Shown here one piece after another: positions 12,460-27,112 of a stretch of 64,000 nt of DNA; the stretch's first letter is position 1; every line of letters starts with the position of its first letter. This stretch comes from Carcharhinus amblyrhynchos (taxonomy: Eukaryota): positions 52,204,001-52,268,000 of the forward strand of contig OZ336884.1 in the NCBI GenBank assembly GCA_965287045.1, written 5' to 3'. The notes under the pieces are model-generated. The model saw only the letters and a list, made by a program, of their open reading frames with translations. It was not told the DNA's origin and searched no databases. Made by a program: the position numbers and the translations under genes.

Positions 12460-15439
12460 AAAGAGTTTTGCAAGCTTACCACTACAGGCGAATAACCAGC
12501 TGCTTGCCAAAGACCATACTGGCCTTGGTTTGACCTGTCTGGAGGTAAGTAGGATAATTTGCTGCCAACCCTCCTCTAGGTTAGTCAGACCTATTGGTTG
12601 CTTACCAAAGGAGTACTATGGACCTGGTTGATTTATATTTTGGATCACTGAGTGCACAATATATGTTATGGTGACTATGCTTTGTACAGTATTAAAGGAG
12701 CATTAAATAGCTGTTCCCGATTGGGAAAATCAAATTATTTGATGGTTAAACATTAGTTGGTTTATTTCCAATCAATTATTCTGTTTCATATGAAGGAGGA
12801 TGGCCAATTGCTTCTCATTGTTCAGTATGACGCTCGTGCAAATATATTAAGCATCCCATTTACATGTTGAATCAATAAATAGGGCCTGAAACTGAATCAG
12901 AAAAATATTGTATCACTGACTGTTTCAAACTAGGATGCTTCTGAGCAGTCTTTTCTCCAATCCTTTATATTTGAGTGTGAATGGTTTTCGTCTCATGCTG
13001 CTATTTCAACCACGTTAAGTGCTAATTACATGAAAATCTGCCTTAGTAAGTACTCTACATAATTAAAGTAAATATGGTATTGCTGAACGGATATTGCAGG
13101 GTTATTTAGTAATGTATCATCATTACTCAACTTGCATTTACATTTTAATCATTAGCTTTATGTTTTATCACTCTTACTTTATACAAGCCTTTATATAATA
13201 GTGTTTAACCTGACTTATCGCCCAAAACAGAAATGCAGCAATAAAGGTAGAAAGATTACGGCAGAACAAAATTATATATCTGATCTTACTCCAACCATTT
13301 TAAGTAACTTAATTTTCTCTAACATCTGAATCTTAGCTTCAAAAAAATATTCTGTTCAATCCCCTTCCTGGTCTTCCTGTTGAGCAGGCAGTAAATATGC
13401 ACCAGGGAAACTGTCTTACAAGTGAGAAACTTGCTGTGTTTCTGCCTCACTGTAACTTGCATATATCAAGAACTGGATGGCAGCTGCCAACTTCTGTAGA
13501 ACTCAAGCAGAGACATTGCTGTTGAAAATTCTTTGGGGTTTTACCAGATGCCAGTTATAAATCCATTGGGAGGCCAGTGGGATGTCCAGATAAATGCCCA
13601 TTTTCAGACGTTTCCCTGGAAATTCTGCCAGTCACCCATGAAAGTTACAATAGCATACAACAGCAAAAGCCTTCCTGCTAAACTGTAAGGTCACATTATT
13701 TCTTGGCACCATTTCTGATCAGTTTCTGTAATCAACCACAGAACACAGTCAACAGCACAAAAAGGCAGTATCCTTCCTCCTCGTGAGTGTTTAAATGCTT
13801 TTGGTGCACATGGGATGCTTTGGTAAAGAATTGTTTGCACCCAAACAGCTCTATCTCCTACAGCTAAACATTGAATTCAGAACAATGCATTGCAATATGC
13901 AACTTTTTGCTCTTTAGGTGGATGGTTTCAAAATTCAATCCAGGAGCATTTTTGTGGCCTGAAGGATTAACATAGTAATGAAAATTGGTTAAATTATGGC
14001 CTAACAAAGAGCAATCATTCTTTAAGCTGGATTTGAATGAAAAGATGGACAAAAGCAACTTGTGGATGCTCTCCCAATTCCAACCTAAATCACTTCAAAC
14101 AATGGTATGATTTTAACAAAGGGAAATTAATTTTCCATGTTCTTACTTAAAATGAACTTTGAATATAAATGCCAGCTTTCCTATCCATTTGTACTTGTCT
14201 TCTTTGACTTGCCCATGTCATCTATCATTAGTGGATAACAGAAGTGGGATAATGGTGTTTATTGTATGTATGAGCAGAGCTCCACAGGCCCTTTACAGAA
14301 TAACTAATCTACATATTTCAATGTCGTTGCAATGTTATTAATGCTTCCATGCACTTGCACAATCCAAGATAAAAATATCAACACCAGTGATGAGAAGTTA
14401 AATGAGCATAGATTTTCTGATGAAATGCTTCAGTTCAGATTTGGTACTATTTCTATTCAAAACTTTGTTCTGCAGACCAGAAAGAACAAGAAATAATGGA
14501 AAATGGCGCTCTGCCGAGCACCTTCTTTCCCAAGTGGTTTCAGGCTGGTTAATGTTAGCAAGTATCAATTAATTAAGCTGATGAATAGACCAAAACCAAC
14601 ACAAAGATGATTTAAGGGTTATATATCCAGCATGAACTGCAGTAAAAACAAGGAGAGCCTAGTTCTCACTTTGTATGGTAACTACTTCAATATTAACACT
14701 GTGAAGAGAAGATTGTTATTTCAATTGCTAGAAGTGGGAGGCAAGACTCCAACCAGCCACAAACACACTTATTTCTGATTTAGCCATAACAGATTTGGTA
14801 TTGACTGAGTAACTTACCAAGACAAGTAGATTAATAGTTTAAATATTTAGGTAACAATAAATGCCTCAGACTTTGACAGAGAACTCGACTTAATGCCTGC
14901 AAGCAAGAGCTCCCAGACTCAACACTGCTTGCAGACCAGGAGTGCTTCACAATCTACCCCCAGTTCCACCAAGTTAACTTGCCATGATCTGCTTTCCTCT
15001 CCTTTCAATTGACCAAACTTCACCGTGATCTGCTCCCTCCCCCTTATGATCTTCCGACCTGATCTGATCTCTGCCTCCCTACAATCTTCCCTGCTTCCCT
15101 TATTACTTCTCTCCTTCCCTCCTTGCTCTTGGGCACTGCCCCACCCAAGTTATTAAACGTTTTATAGCCAGTTATTGAAGGAGGAGATCAGAAGCTAATT
15201 ATTACTTAGTTTTAAATTCATCCACAAAGTGAGACTTTACAAATGTATAGCTCCTATCTTTACAACCCAACTCCAGTGTTTATAAGTGTATAATGCTCCT
15301 GCCCAGTTTGAAACCAAGGACCTCTGACATGTGAAGCAAACACGATAACCACAACATTGTAGAAACACTGAACTTTTTTTAAATCCTTAACCTTCTAGTG
15401 TGCAACAAATTTTTGGAAGTGCAAGTGACAAAACGCAAG

Positions 15440-15792
15440 CTTTTTTTATTCATTTGTGGGACATGGGCATCGCTGGCTGACCAGCATTTATTGCCTATCC
15501 CTAGTTGCCCTTGGAGGGCAGTTAAGATTCAACCACGTTGCTGTAGTTCTAGAGTCACGTGGATGCCAGACCAGGTAAGGACAGCAGATTTCCTTCCCTA
15601 AAGGAAATTACTGAATCAGATGGGTTTTTCCAACAATCAACAATGGTTTCATGGTCATCAGTAGATTCTTAATTTCAGATAGTTTTTATTTAACCAGCTG
15701 CCATATGGGATTCGAACCCGTGTATCCCAGAACATTAGCTGAGTTTCTGGATTAATAGTCTACCAATAATATCATTAGGCCATCACCTTCCC
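15440..15792 (-). mobile_element. tRNA-derived SINE, second family, full length
   Basis: Poly-T tail ttttttttattcatttgtggg, antisense B-box gggattcgaaccc, head end ggccatcaccttccc. Confidence 0.8.
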
Positions 15793-17404
15793 TGTTGGGG
15801 ATTTGATCTCAGGACTTCTCCCATACTCACTCAATGAAAGCACCAAAAGGAGAATCATATTCCTGAATTAATGAGTACCAGCATCTCTTTATATTCTTTT
15901 GAGTACAATGAAAGAAAGAAATAAACAAATTAACATATGAATCACCCCTTAAAGGATCATTGTAATAAAATAAAACAGTAAGAGACACCAGAAGTGGTCT
16001 GTAGTGTAGCACTTATCACACTTCCATCACATCCCTGTTTCAAAACTAGCCAGAAACATTATACTACTTGAATTTATGTTTCCTTTAAAGATTTGTTTTT
16101 GTTTGAGTGCCCTTTCAGGGGTTGTTAATTAATTTGTTGAATTCATTTTATAGGTATACTCAAAAGAACACAAAGAGAAGCTTATCAAACTAAATTAACA
16201 TGATGTTCCTGGGGCTGATGATGTACTCCGGCCCTTTAGGTGCCCACTGGACCTGGAACATCTCAAGTGTACCAAGAGACACGGTGTGGTCCCCAACAGC
16301 ACCGTTTCACTATTGTCTTCCTCATCCTGCAGCTGTCTAGCATCTCAGTCTTCAAGTTGTTTCAGTAAAGGAGCCATTTTCTCTAAGTTGCTGAAGATTT
16401 AATTGAATAGCTTGCTTACAGTCTCGATTTTCATGCGAAAATAAACATGCACATCGAATCGAAGGTGGATTCCTACAAATCTAACAAGCTGCTTAATTAC
16501 AAAATTTGGCAGAAAATGACAATAAGAATATAGCTTACTGAAGTGTGTGGAAATTTAAAAAGGAGGAGGCACCCAGTACACTAGAAACTAATCAACCCCA
16601 CACTTAAATCTAAGACTGTGGCAAATTAATCACCACACCTCAGAATTATAGGAGAGGAAAGCATGGCAATCCACTCAAATAATTTTGAAGGAGGTAAAAT
16701 TACAAGGGTTGGCAAGAACTCAAGTAGCATATGAAGCAGTGATTGGAAAGTAAAAAAAGCTAAATAGTCGGGCTGACTGGCTATTTTAACCTTGTACTCG
16801 GGAGGGGAATTTAATTCTCAAACTATCAGTAATTGAAGCGCACTCCTGAACAGTATGTGCTATGAACTGAGCAGATAGGCTTTAACCTAACTATAAAAGT
16901 TCATTTTGATTCTTTCTTGAAGATGGCATCTCAGAATACACAGTAAATTCACTGAAATTTTCATTAATACTGAAGAGTTTTCTCTGACAGGAACAGAGTT
17001 TCACAGGCAACTACAGGATACATTATGTTCACTCAAAGGATTTTGAGAGAAAATTCTGAAACATTGGAATATTAAGATTTCAAGGATTTATTTTTTGTGA
17101 CCAGCTTTTACAGAATCCTGGGAAAGTTTTATACACTGTTGTTTGCAGGAAATATGGCTTTGAATGGCAGGAACATTTGTCACTTTCAGAATCCTTAAGC
17201 CACAAAGAAGATAGCTTCAGAACTGATGATCACCTGAACTAAATGTGAGCATAAATTATTTGAAGCAAAGAACCTGGTTCTTCATTCATCAAATAGGTTT
17301 GTTTACTTAATCAAAAAATACGGGGAGACAGTGTGAAGAAAATCTCTAGCTATGCAGTGCTCAATATAGCCCATTTCATAAATCTTAGTTTTCCCTTTAG
17401 CAAA

Positions 17405-17510
17405 ATACTGAAGAAGAGCCACATGGACTGAAAAAATTAACACTGTTTCTATCTCCACAGATGCTGCCATACCTGAGGTCTTCCACCATTTTCTCTTTTT
17501 ATTAGTTTTT
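17405..17510 (+). mobile_element. Penelope-like terminal repeat fragment (degenerate)
   Basis: ctgaagaagagccacatggactgaaaaaattaacactgtttctatctccacagatgctgcc; homologous to 53780-53910 and 19972-20080. Confidence 0.6.
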
Positions 17511-17929
17511 AAATTTTTAACACTGCAGAAACTCACAATCTGCTCTTAAAACAATTAGAGCCCAATGTTCTGGCAAAAGAAGGAATGCGTGCATATATTG
17601 CACCTTTGATGATCTCAGATATCCCAAAGCACTTTACTGGCTATGAAATAATTTGAAGTGTAGACACCATTATAACATAGAATCGCTTTTCCAGTACAAG
17701 AAGTGAACCCTCAGTATGCCCCAGTGGAAATTATCAGGTCCCATTTCCCAGGCACTTTTATCAGTGGGACAGATTTTTGGCACTTGCAAGGGCATACCAC
17801 CGGTCCCTGCCTTGGATTTAAGCATGCAGTAAAGCATGGGCTTCCCGGCCCAAGTTGTCACATAGTCTATCGGTAAGCCATCAACCGAGATGTTACAAAT
17901 ATACAATGAAGAAGAGCCTTGCACCCATG

Positions 17930-18860
17930 ATTCTGGTATTCACACTGTTTAATCTAAAAGCTAGGAAGACAGACCTTATTACTGTCACGCTTGGGTAAAT
18001 GAGAAGCGTTTTAAGGTGTAAATGGATAAAGGAGCATCAGCCATTCTGATAGGTGAGTATACATTTCAGTAACTAAGAGGGACAACCATTGAACTTGAAA
18101 GTCACGTCTGCCAAGTTGAAGACATATGGGAGAAGAAATAAAAATAAAACATACCATAGTGGTGCCTGCAAGCTATGGACAACAATCTACCCAACTCCCA
18201 GTGATAATAGTGACTGATGAAGATCCAAGCTCTCTTGGCCACAATTGGCTTAAAAAAATCAATTTGAAATGAGCTGAGGTTTTTCAGGTATGGGAAGTGG
18301 GATTACCTAAACTTATGAGAAAATACAAAAATGTCTTCTGTGATGAATTAGGCAAAATAAAAGAACAAAGTACAGCACAGGAACAGGCCCTTTGGCCCTC
18401 CAAGCCTATGGCAATCAAGGTGCCCTAACTAAGCTTAAAAAAAACGTTCTGCCCTTACTCAGTATCTATCTCTGTATTCCCTCCCTGTTCATGCACCCTA
18501 GAACTATAAGCTAAGATTTATGTGGATCCAAAGGCGATTCCGTGATTCATTAGGTTAAGACCAGTACCACATGCTTTATGAAAGAAAGTGAATATTGAAT
18601 TAAACAGGTTGGGAGAACTAAGCATTATCCAACCAGTTTAGTTCTTGGATTAGGCAGCACCCTTAGCCCAATACTGAAACCAGATAAGAGCACTGGCATT
18701 TATGGTGATTATAAGCTAATAGTTAATCAGGCTGCCAAGCTGGATAAATGGCCAATCCCAAGAACTGAAGTCCTGTATACATATGAGTCATCTATACCAG
18801 CAATAGATGGTGCTTCCAGGAAGTATGTTACGATAAACACACACAAAAAGACCTTTTTCA
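17930..18860 (+). mobile_element. Gypsy pol relic (protease to RT), interrupted by a CR1 3' end at ~18362-18495 (minus)
   Basis: Degenerate RT N-terminus: AAP..PILKPDK...IYGDYKLIVNQAAKLDKWPIPRTEVLY at 18653-18780; multiple stops and frameshifts. Confidence 0.8.
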
Positions 18861-19971
18861 GAATTTAGAATACAGATCCTAAATAGGAGTTCAGGGTTAT
18901 TGTATTGTAGTATACCATTTTCACTTCAACATGGTGGTTTCAGATGCATATTAGTAAATCAAAAGGGGAGTAAAACTGGACCATAAGCCAATTAAGGCGG
19001 TGGATTCTGGTCAAGTAATCTGATAGTACCTGTACCCTGACTTCAATCCAATTGAAATTCATATTTTCAAGCATGTTCAGTTGGACGACAGCATCTCACG
19101 GTGATTTCTTGAAACTTGGAATGGAATCATCTCATATGATATGACAGAACAGATTCCACTGTCTGCACTCCCTAAAAGTTATTAAAAAACTAATCATCTG
19201 GAAAGTGGAGATTTTGAGTCCTGTACCTGTGACCTAATGACATCCAGACAAATGCAAATCTCTTCAGAGTTCAAACAGGAAAGTGAAAATTTGAGAAGCA
19301 TTAGTATCGTTTGTTCCAGTTAACCAAGGAAACTGGAACTTTCAAAGCCAAAATTGTGAAAAATGACATACATGCAATGAACCACCTCCCCTCGAAGGAA
19401 GAATTAATTTCCAGGAATACCCTAGAACATATTACCTGAGTTTAGCCTGTGAAACCATGATAAATTGAATGCTGCACTGAAGTGATCCGACTCAGGAATG
19501 AAGCATAGCAAAGCAGCTCTGTGCAGCACGACTGTCAATCCAATCAGTCCCTGCCAAGGAACTACATCTAGTCAGATCACTCACTCTAATCTTTCTAATT
19601 TATTTTGACAACCACTCATCAACTAACTTTTATGTAAAATAGGAAGGGTTGTCAACTCCTATATATTAGCTTTCATATTTCAAGGGCTTTTGAAAGCAAG
19701 ATTGCTTCACTAGTAAAATAATTTATGAAAGGAATGGCTGGATCACACTAAAAATACATCTTCCCCCAGCAGCATGTTTATTTTGTCTTTTGATATTCAC
19801 CCAACTTCCATTTTTTTGTATTATTAGGTTTAAATAACCATGCTCTTTTAAAACTTAGATTAGAATGAAGTATTTGTTTTGTCACAAACACACTCACTAA
19901 GTGTATTCATGTTTCTGACTTTACATCATATTCACCAGCATTAAAAATAGCTTCCTGAAACAATTTGATGA

Positions 19972-20080
19972 AAAATCACAGACCTGGAAAGTTAATTTTG
20001 TCCCTCTGAACAAGATGCTGCCCAACCTGCTGGGCTTTTGCAGTATTTACAGCTTTCCAGCATCCATAGTATTTTGCTTT
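19972..20080 (+). mobile_element. Penelope-like terminal repeat fragment (degenerate)
   Basis: ...gacctggaaagttaattttgtcc...agatgctgcccaacctgctgggc...tccagcatccatagtattttgctttt. Confidence 0.55.
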
Positions 20081-23049
20081 TGCATTCATGTTTCAGGAGA
20101 ACCAGTGAACCAAAAAAATTAGTTTTCTGAAGAAATTTGTTGCTGATCATTTCCCATTTCAAATATGTATAAAACAGCAAGCCTGCAGGCAGTATATTAT
20201 TGACCTGACCTTTCGGCAAACTTTATGAATAAAATATTCATTCTATGTTCAATAGAAGTCAAATTTATGATTTTAATTTATGCTTTCAGATGCAATTAGT
20301 TTTTTTTAACATTTCAATGATTTCTCTTCAGTAAATGAGTTATATAACAACAGCCATTACTGTAACGACATAAGATCTGTTTTTCCTAACAGTAATGACA
20401 TCGCAGGAAGTAACTGCCAATTTTCCTCAATTATTAATGTCACAAAGTTGATGAAGCTATTTGTTTAAATGATCTTTGTAAACACAACCTCAAAAGTAAA
20501 AGCTGTGACGAGCTGAGAACTCTATTCACTACAACTGATGAAGCACCGCCAGATACAAGTCAATAGCGAATTGCTGCATGAGTTAATTTATTCGTTCAAG
20601 GTTTCCAAAGAAGACAGGCACTGTAACCAAACCAGAAGAATCTATGGGGCAAAGGGGCCACTGTTAAAACAAAGTTCTGCAAACATAAGCAGTGTTGATT
20701 TGAACAATTGTCATTTGAATGGTGTGGAGGACACTGTGGATAAAACACCAACACAATACAAGCACCTGGCTCCTTACAAAAAGGGCAGGAGGTGTTATCC
20801 CCCAAAATACCACTGCGAAAAAGACAAGAATACCCTCAAAGGACACTTCCAAAAGGAGTGACAGGGGAGGTGTCCCTCAATGCTACGGTCACATTTGGAC
20901 TAATCTTTTGGATCACCAATAAACCAAAGTTTGAACTTATACTCCACTAATGGCTTGCCAATTCATCTTTGTGTGGTATAGCACTGCTGAAAATTGGCAG
21001 AAGAACCTGGAAATCTTAAGTCCCACTCCCCAAACACAACACTGCCCATTTCGCAGGAAGCAGGACTGAAGTGGGGCCAAGGTTGATGCATACAAAATTT
21101 ATGGTGGTAGCTGGTCATTTATGTAATGAGTTGTCTCCACAGTAGTAGGACTTTGGTAGACCAGGAGTGTGAAGTCTAACATGTGCAGGTTATCTCAGGT
21201 AACAGTTGGTATGCACTTGGGGGATTTGTTTAAACATCCAAGGAACCCCTTGAAGAATTAAGGTTCCCCTTTGGATATGGTTAAAGGACACCTATAGGAG
21301 AGGTAAAGCACCCTTTTTGCCTAATTAAAAATAAACATGATCGTGTGTAAAAAAAAAGTGCATACAATTATTGCAAATGTCAGAGCTGTCAAAAGCTGCT
21401 AAAGAATGGTCACAGCTGATTGGGACTCCAAGCTCATTGGAGATGTCAAAGCTCAATGGCACTGTCACAAATTATGTTGTCCTTAATTATATCTTTAAAT
21501 ATCATCAACAAAGTGCAGAGTACAGGGACAGGCCTTCACACTCATTCCAACCTGATGTGCTATTCCAGCTCCCACACCAGAACAAGTCTAACCTTCCAGG
21601 TCTCTTTTGCTTCAAACTAAGGGTGAAAATCCGGGTTCTTGCTTTCCACGTGTACAACTGCTAAAAATAGCCTAACGCAATAGAGGTGTGTACTTTACCA
21701 ATTTATTTAAACACCTGCTGTCATTCAATAACCAAAGTCACAAAACAGTCACAATACTCATAAAAAATGCAAACCTGTTTTCTGTGTTCTTCTTATCATT
21801 TCATGAAAGAAGACAAAGTTAAAGTACTCATGCATTTGATATGTAAATAAGTATTCAGTTCTCATTTCGAACATTGGTGTTACCTTTTTCATTTAATCAG
21901 AAATGCATTTAGTTGTGTGGTTAGTATTTAATATATTATCCAATTCCTGTAGATAATAGTTTCAGTAAATGATGTCTGAGGACCATCTTTTTAACCCTCA
22001 CCTGTCACAATTCCACACTGTTCAGAGTATGAACAGTATAATTGTACACTGAACACAAACTAATACAACATTACTTGTTGAAACAGTAATTCAAATGAAG
22101 TCCTTCATCTTCCTCTCTAGTCTTACCTTCCCAAAAGGGCCTCATCATCTGTTGCAGTTCCTTTTTAGTCTTATTAGCAATATTTATAGATATCTATTAT
22201 TTTCATTGACTGGAAAGAAGAATACCCATCAGACACATGAAAAACAGAGACACACTTTCTGAACCACCATGGTATTTACTTCTCCATATCTAATGGGCTT
22301 TAAAAACATACCTAATTGATGCTGGCTGCAAAATCCGTCAAACTATTTTGTTACTATAGCCTAGCAAAACCAAATGCAAATGATAAAATAAACATATAGG
22401 CGAGCTGAATGATTTGAAATTCTATACAGAGTTATAATCCTGCTAATTAATAATATACACCTCAGTTGTCAGTCCAGCCACCAGTAGCTACAAAATTGTG
22501 TGACTCCAAATGGCCCTAACATGTACTTTTATTGCATCCTTCAATGTGTTATCAAGCCTTTTTTGTGGCACATTCTGTGTTTGGTGTTATGTTTGACTAG
22601 CAGTATAAATGCAATGTAGCACCAAACATGTTGACATTTCATACAATATGTCATTTTGTCATTAAAGACTAAAACGGCACAAGTGATTTCTTTGTGTGTT
22701 CTTCATTGTATTTGCTGTTCTGCAATTTCAGAATGTATAAAGTATACTTTGTAAAGATTTTCATATACCACATTTAAAGTCTCGCTCTTCTTTAAAATTC
22801 TAGTAAAACATATACCATGGGTATTGTCCAGGCATATCCCAGTAGTTCACAAAAAAATACATGAAGTATATCCTAGGAATTATTAAAAACTTACAATGCA
22901 ATAGTAGACATGTGTGCAGTTATGTGTACACATGCTTAATAAAGGTGATCTTCAATTGTCCATGCTTATTTAATTAGATGGCATCTAATTAATCCTACAT
23001 TTACATGAACTTCATTTTAGAATTTCAGAAAATAAACAAATGCATAAAT

Positions 23050-23400
23050 ATGACACCTTGTCACATCACTTTGACAAGTTTCAAAGGACTTCACAAACCA
23101 TTTCTGAAGTGCAGGATTATGTAAGTAAACACAGAAACCATTTTATGCATGCAAAAAATAAATAATAATGAGATGCACAATATATTAAACTTTATGGCAT
23201 ATTTAGGAGAAAATATTGGCTAGGGTACTCTGAGAATTCCTTAACTGTTGCTATACAATGTTTGACACAAATCTAAACAGTTAAACGGAACATTGGTTTG
23301 ACACCTTTTTCAAATATAGCCTGCCCAACAATGCAGTACTTCACTCAAGTTTCAGTTTGTATTTCAGCTAATTAGTCTCACTGCTCGTGAAGTGCATAGT
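23050..23400 (-). mobile_element. Highly diverged Deu-SINE (SacSINE1-like) remnant
   Basis: Weak colinear similarity to the element at 50670-51067. Confidence 0.45.
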
Positions 23401-26400
23401 AATGTCAAACACCCGCATTTCAACCTTCAGTAATTTAACCCATTCTTGCAAGACATAACCTAAGTAATTAAGATAGTTAAATTGAAAATTTCCATTGAAC
23501 AGTTGGCTTCATTTGTGTTCATTTTTATCCCAATTCACTTGTGTAGCATCTATAGATCCACATGGCATATCCCTAAGTCAGGTGAATGTGAGAATTATTA
23601 CAGTTCTGCAATAACTGCACTTGAAGGAGGAAGTATTGACTGGCAGTGAGTTCTGTAAACTCATGTGCTTGGGCTACCATTGAGAGATTTGGATTGTATA
23701 GCCAATATACTAGCAAAAGATCTTTATTTAATCAGTTGACAAAGACATAGATAACACATCTCAAGCAACAAATATGGCTTGCAAGCAACACAAAGAACAA
23801 TATATAGTGGCAGGCTCTAGTGGCATACTAACAAGTAAAAGTATTAGCAACATTTTTCTACTGTACAAAAATCGTAATTCACCATCTCACACTAGTCTTC
23901 GCATCTGTAATGCATCAATATCCTGTTATTATTAAATTTGAATTAGCAAGCAATTTATTGCTTTATATTAAGTTACTGAATGTATTATATGGAACATGTA
24001 TTTAATTGCAAACTTTATAAATGCCTTCAGTAACTTTTATTCTGGTATCTGGCACTGTGGCAGATATTTCCAATATTAAGTACATCACACTGTGTGACAT
24101 ATAATAGCTGCCTTCAACACCACCCCTCCCCGTCACCCTTCTGCTGCTCAATAACTGAGATTTCTCATGTCCAAAACCAAAATGGAGGTTTGAACAAAAT
24201 AAACCAATCCAAAAAAAAAATTCACATTAGCATGATTCCATCTAGCCATTGAACTGTCCTTTCATCCCTTCATTAAGATTTTACTTCAAGGCTTCTCTCA
24301 AACTAATGGGCTTGAACTTGAAAATTTTGCCCAGGGCCATAAACTGAATTTTGATTGTTTAGCCTGACCATTTAATCCAGTTAATTTTTCTGAATGGATC
24401 AGTATGTTCAGTCAACTCCACAGATGTGATATATCCTTTGCCTCTAGCACTTTGTCATTCTTTAACTAATTTTTGAAGAAAGGCAATGTGAAAAGCCTTT
24501 TATGAAATAACATCATATTGTTTTTCTTAAAGAAGGTAGTATCTGAAAAGAGAGAAGGGAAAAAAAAATGATACTGCTCTGATTACACAGCTGCTGCAGG
24601 ACTTGTTTGTGTTCTGAAAACTTTACAAGTATATTGAACAGGGAAGAAGTGAATGGTAGAAAATCTTTCTTTACAACATTACTTCTTTTTAAATAACCTT
24701 GAATTTTAAAGCTAAGAGTTGACAGTTATAAAAAAGAATTAATGACAACCATATATCCCTGTGAGCTTGGACTTCTGACATCTAGGAGACAGAGCCAGCA
24801 AAAAAAAATGGAAAGATGTTAACAGGAAGAAAGGCAGATACCACTACACCTGTCCCCCACTGGGCCAACTGTCACTGCTGGGTCAATTTATAATTGAAGG
24901 CAATTTGAAAATCCTCCCAAAAAGTCACATCCACCATGAAGCTGCAAAATAAGAACACTTAAACTTAACATATAAATGATATGAAAGCAGGATAACAGAA
25001 TCTATCCTTTCAAACATTCTTCCAATCATGTTGAATGTAAAGAAATGTTAATAAGTATCTACAGGATGGGGAGATGCTCAAAATATACTGCACATCCACC
25101 ACAGATTCCAGGTGACAATCCATTTTCTTCTTCATTTCCAAGAGTAAATGATAGACAACAGTGAAAAATCAATAATTTTACAGTATAAAGACCAATAAGT
25201 TCACAAACACGTTTGGCACAGAACAGAAAGACAATGCAACTGCTGCAGAATTTTTGCAGTTGCCTTTAAAACAGATTTTCCAAAGATGTAATACTGAGGT
25301 GTCACCATGACAGAAGCCCTTTACTACAACAGGACCACAAAGAGTGCCACAGCAGAAGGTGCTGGAACAGAAATGGTAACAAACCCCTAAAACTGGTAAA
25401 TCACTATTGAGAGAGGGCAGTCATTCCAGATACAATGACGCAAAGTAGAATCATCTTCAAGGAAGGACATAACTGCTGATCCAAGCAGAGAATTTAATTG
25501 AACAAAAACACTTCTCTTTTAAATGCTAAATTTGGACCTCTGATATAAGCAAAATTCTTAAGTATAACAAAATGCCTAATCTGTATGGTAAATGTTCCCA
25601 CATATCCATGTATAACACTTTGAACACAGTTCATTTACTAAAATCCCACACTTTCTATATTTTATTGTCCAAACTACAAACTTCGTTATGCAGGATGCAG
25701 TTATGGGACAGTTTATAGGCTTTGATAATATAGTCTCTGCCACAAAAAATTATTAACTAACATAACTCACATTCTGAAATAACGTTTCATCAGGTTTCAA
25801 ATAGACTACATATTTACAAATGATTTGCATGAGTAAAATTGCACCAGCCAAAACTGTAATGGCGGTCTGTAATGCAACGACAATAACTTAAATCTCCTAC
25901 CACAAATCAAAACCACAAAACCTCACATTCCATAGCCATGTCAAATACTTGGTTGTACATTAGATTTTAATGCAGAATGGCAGCTTAAGTAAAAGCAGTC
26001 AACCAGATGCCTCGTCCTTCAAACAAGCTGCCTGTCCTCAGTTATCACCTGTTTTACTTGCATGTGTCCATTATTGCTTAATTCAGTCACACCTCATTAG
26101 GAGAGCGAATTCAGAGTGGTTGGAGGAGAACCTCAATTATTCAATAAGTAGCTCAGTCTGACTTAGCATGATAGCACAAGAAATTACATCAAACTGAATT
26201 CAAGCACAAACACAAGTGCAGGCTGCTGAGAGATTACTATCTTTGGTTATAAGCAATTAACATATGCTGATAAACAATTCAAAATATCTACTAGTATTCC
26301 AATCTAACTTCACCACCACTGAAATATCAGTATTGGCACCACCCCTACTTCAAAGCTCAACATTTCAAAAGCCCTCGTCAGCTGCACTCCAACTCTAGCC

Positions 26401-26807
26401 TATACAAGCTCTAGTTCATTAGAACACGTTGTGCCTCAATGCCAAAAGTTCTGCTGCCCTGCCACACCTATTTTCAGCAACAATCACTTGCATCTCATCT
26501 CCCAGTGCATTAAATTTGAGGTTCTTTCTTCATTTACAAATCACTATTGTGGTCTTATTCCACTTGCAGTATTCTCCTCTAGTCCTATATTATGGTTCAC
26601 ATCTTTCACTCTTCCAACTTTCACTTACTGTGACCTCAGTCTGGGCACTGCACTTTAGGAAGGACACACAGGCTTTAGGGGACAATACAGTAGAGAATTA
26701 CCAGCCTGGTGCCAGAGATGAAGGATTACAGTAAATAAGAAAGATTGAAGATGCTGGGTTTATTCTCCTGGGGTTCAATGTGACAAAGTGTGAGGTCATC
26801 TACTTTA

Positions 26808-27112
26808 GGCGGCACAGTGGTTAGCACTGCTGCCTCAGAGCACCAGGAACATGGGTTCAAATAGCGGCTTGGGTCACTCTATGTGGATTTTGTACATTCT
26901 CCCTGTGTCTGCATGGGTTTCCTCCAGGTGCTCCAGTTTCCTCCCACAGTCTAAAGACATGCAGGTTAGGGTGTTTGGCCACGCTAAATTGCCCCTTACT
27001 GTCAGGGAGACTAACAGAGTAAATACACAGGGGTAGCTGCTGGGTGGGATTGTGGTCGGTGCAGACTCCATAGGCTGGATGGCCTCCTTCTGCACTGTAG
27101 GGAATCTATGAT
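26808..27112 (+). mobile_element. HE1-type V-SINE inserted in a CR1 remnant (~26640-27350)
   Basis: ggcggcacagtggttagcactgctgcctc ... gggaatctatgatt. CR1 sequence gttcaatgtgacaaagtgtgaggtcatctacttta lies before it and resumes after it. Confidence 0.88.

Noticed and set aside
16200-16500. Minus-strand stretch with a coiled-coil-like translation (LEKMAPLLKQLED*DARQLQDEED), considered as DMD exon 45
   Set aside because: In-frame stops, no match to the exon-45 peptide and no convincing splice sites; origin unidentified.
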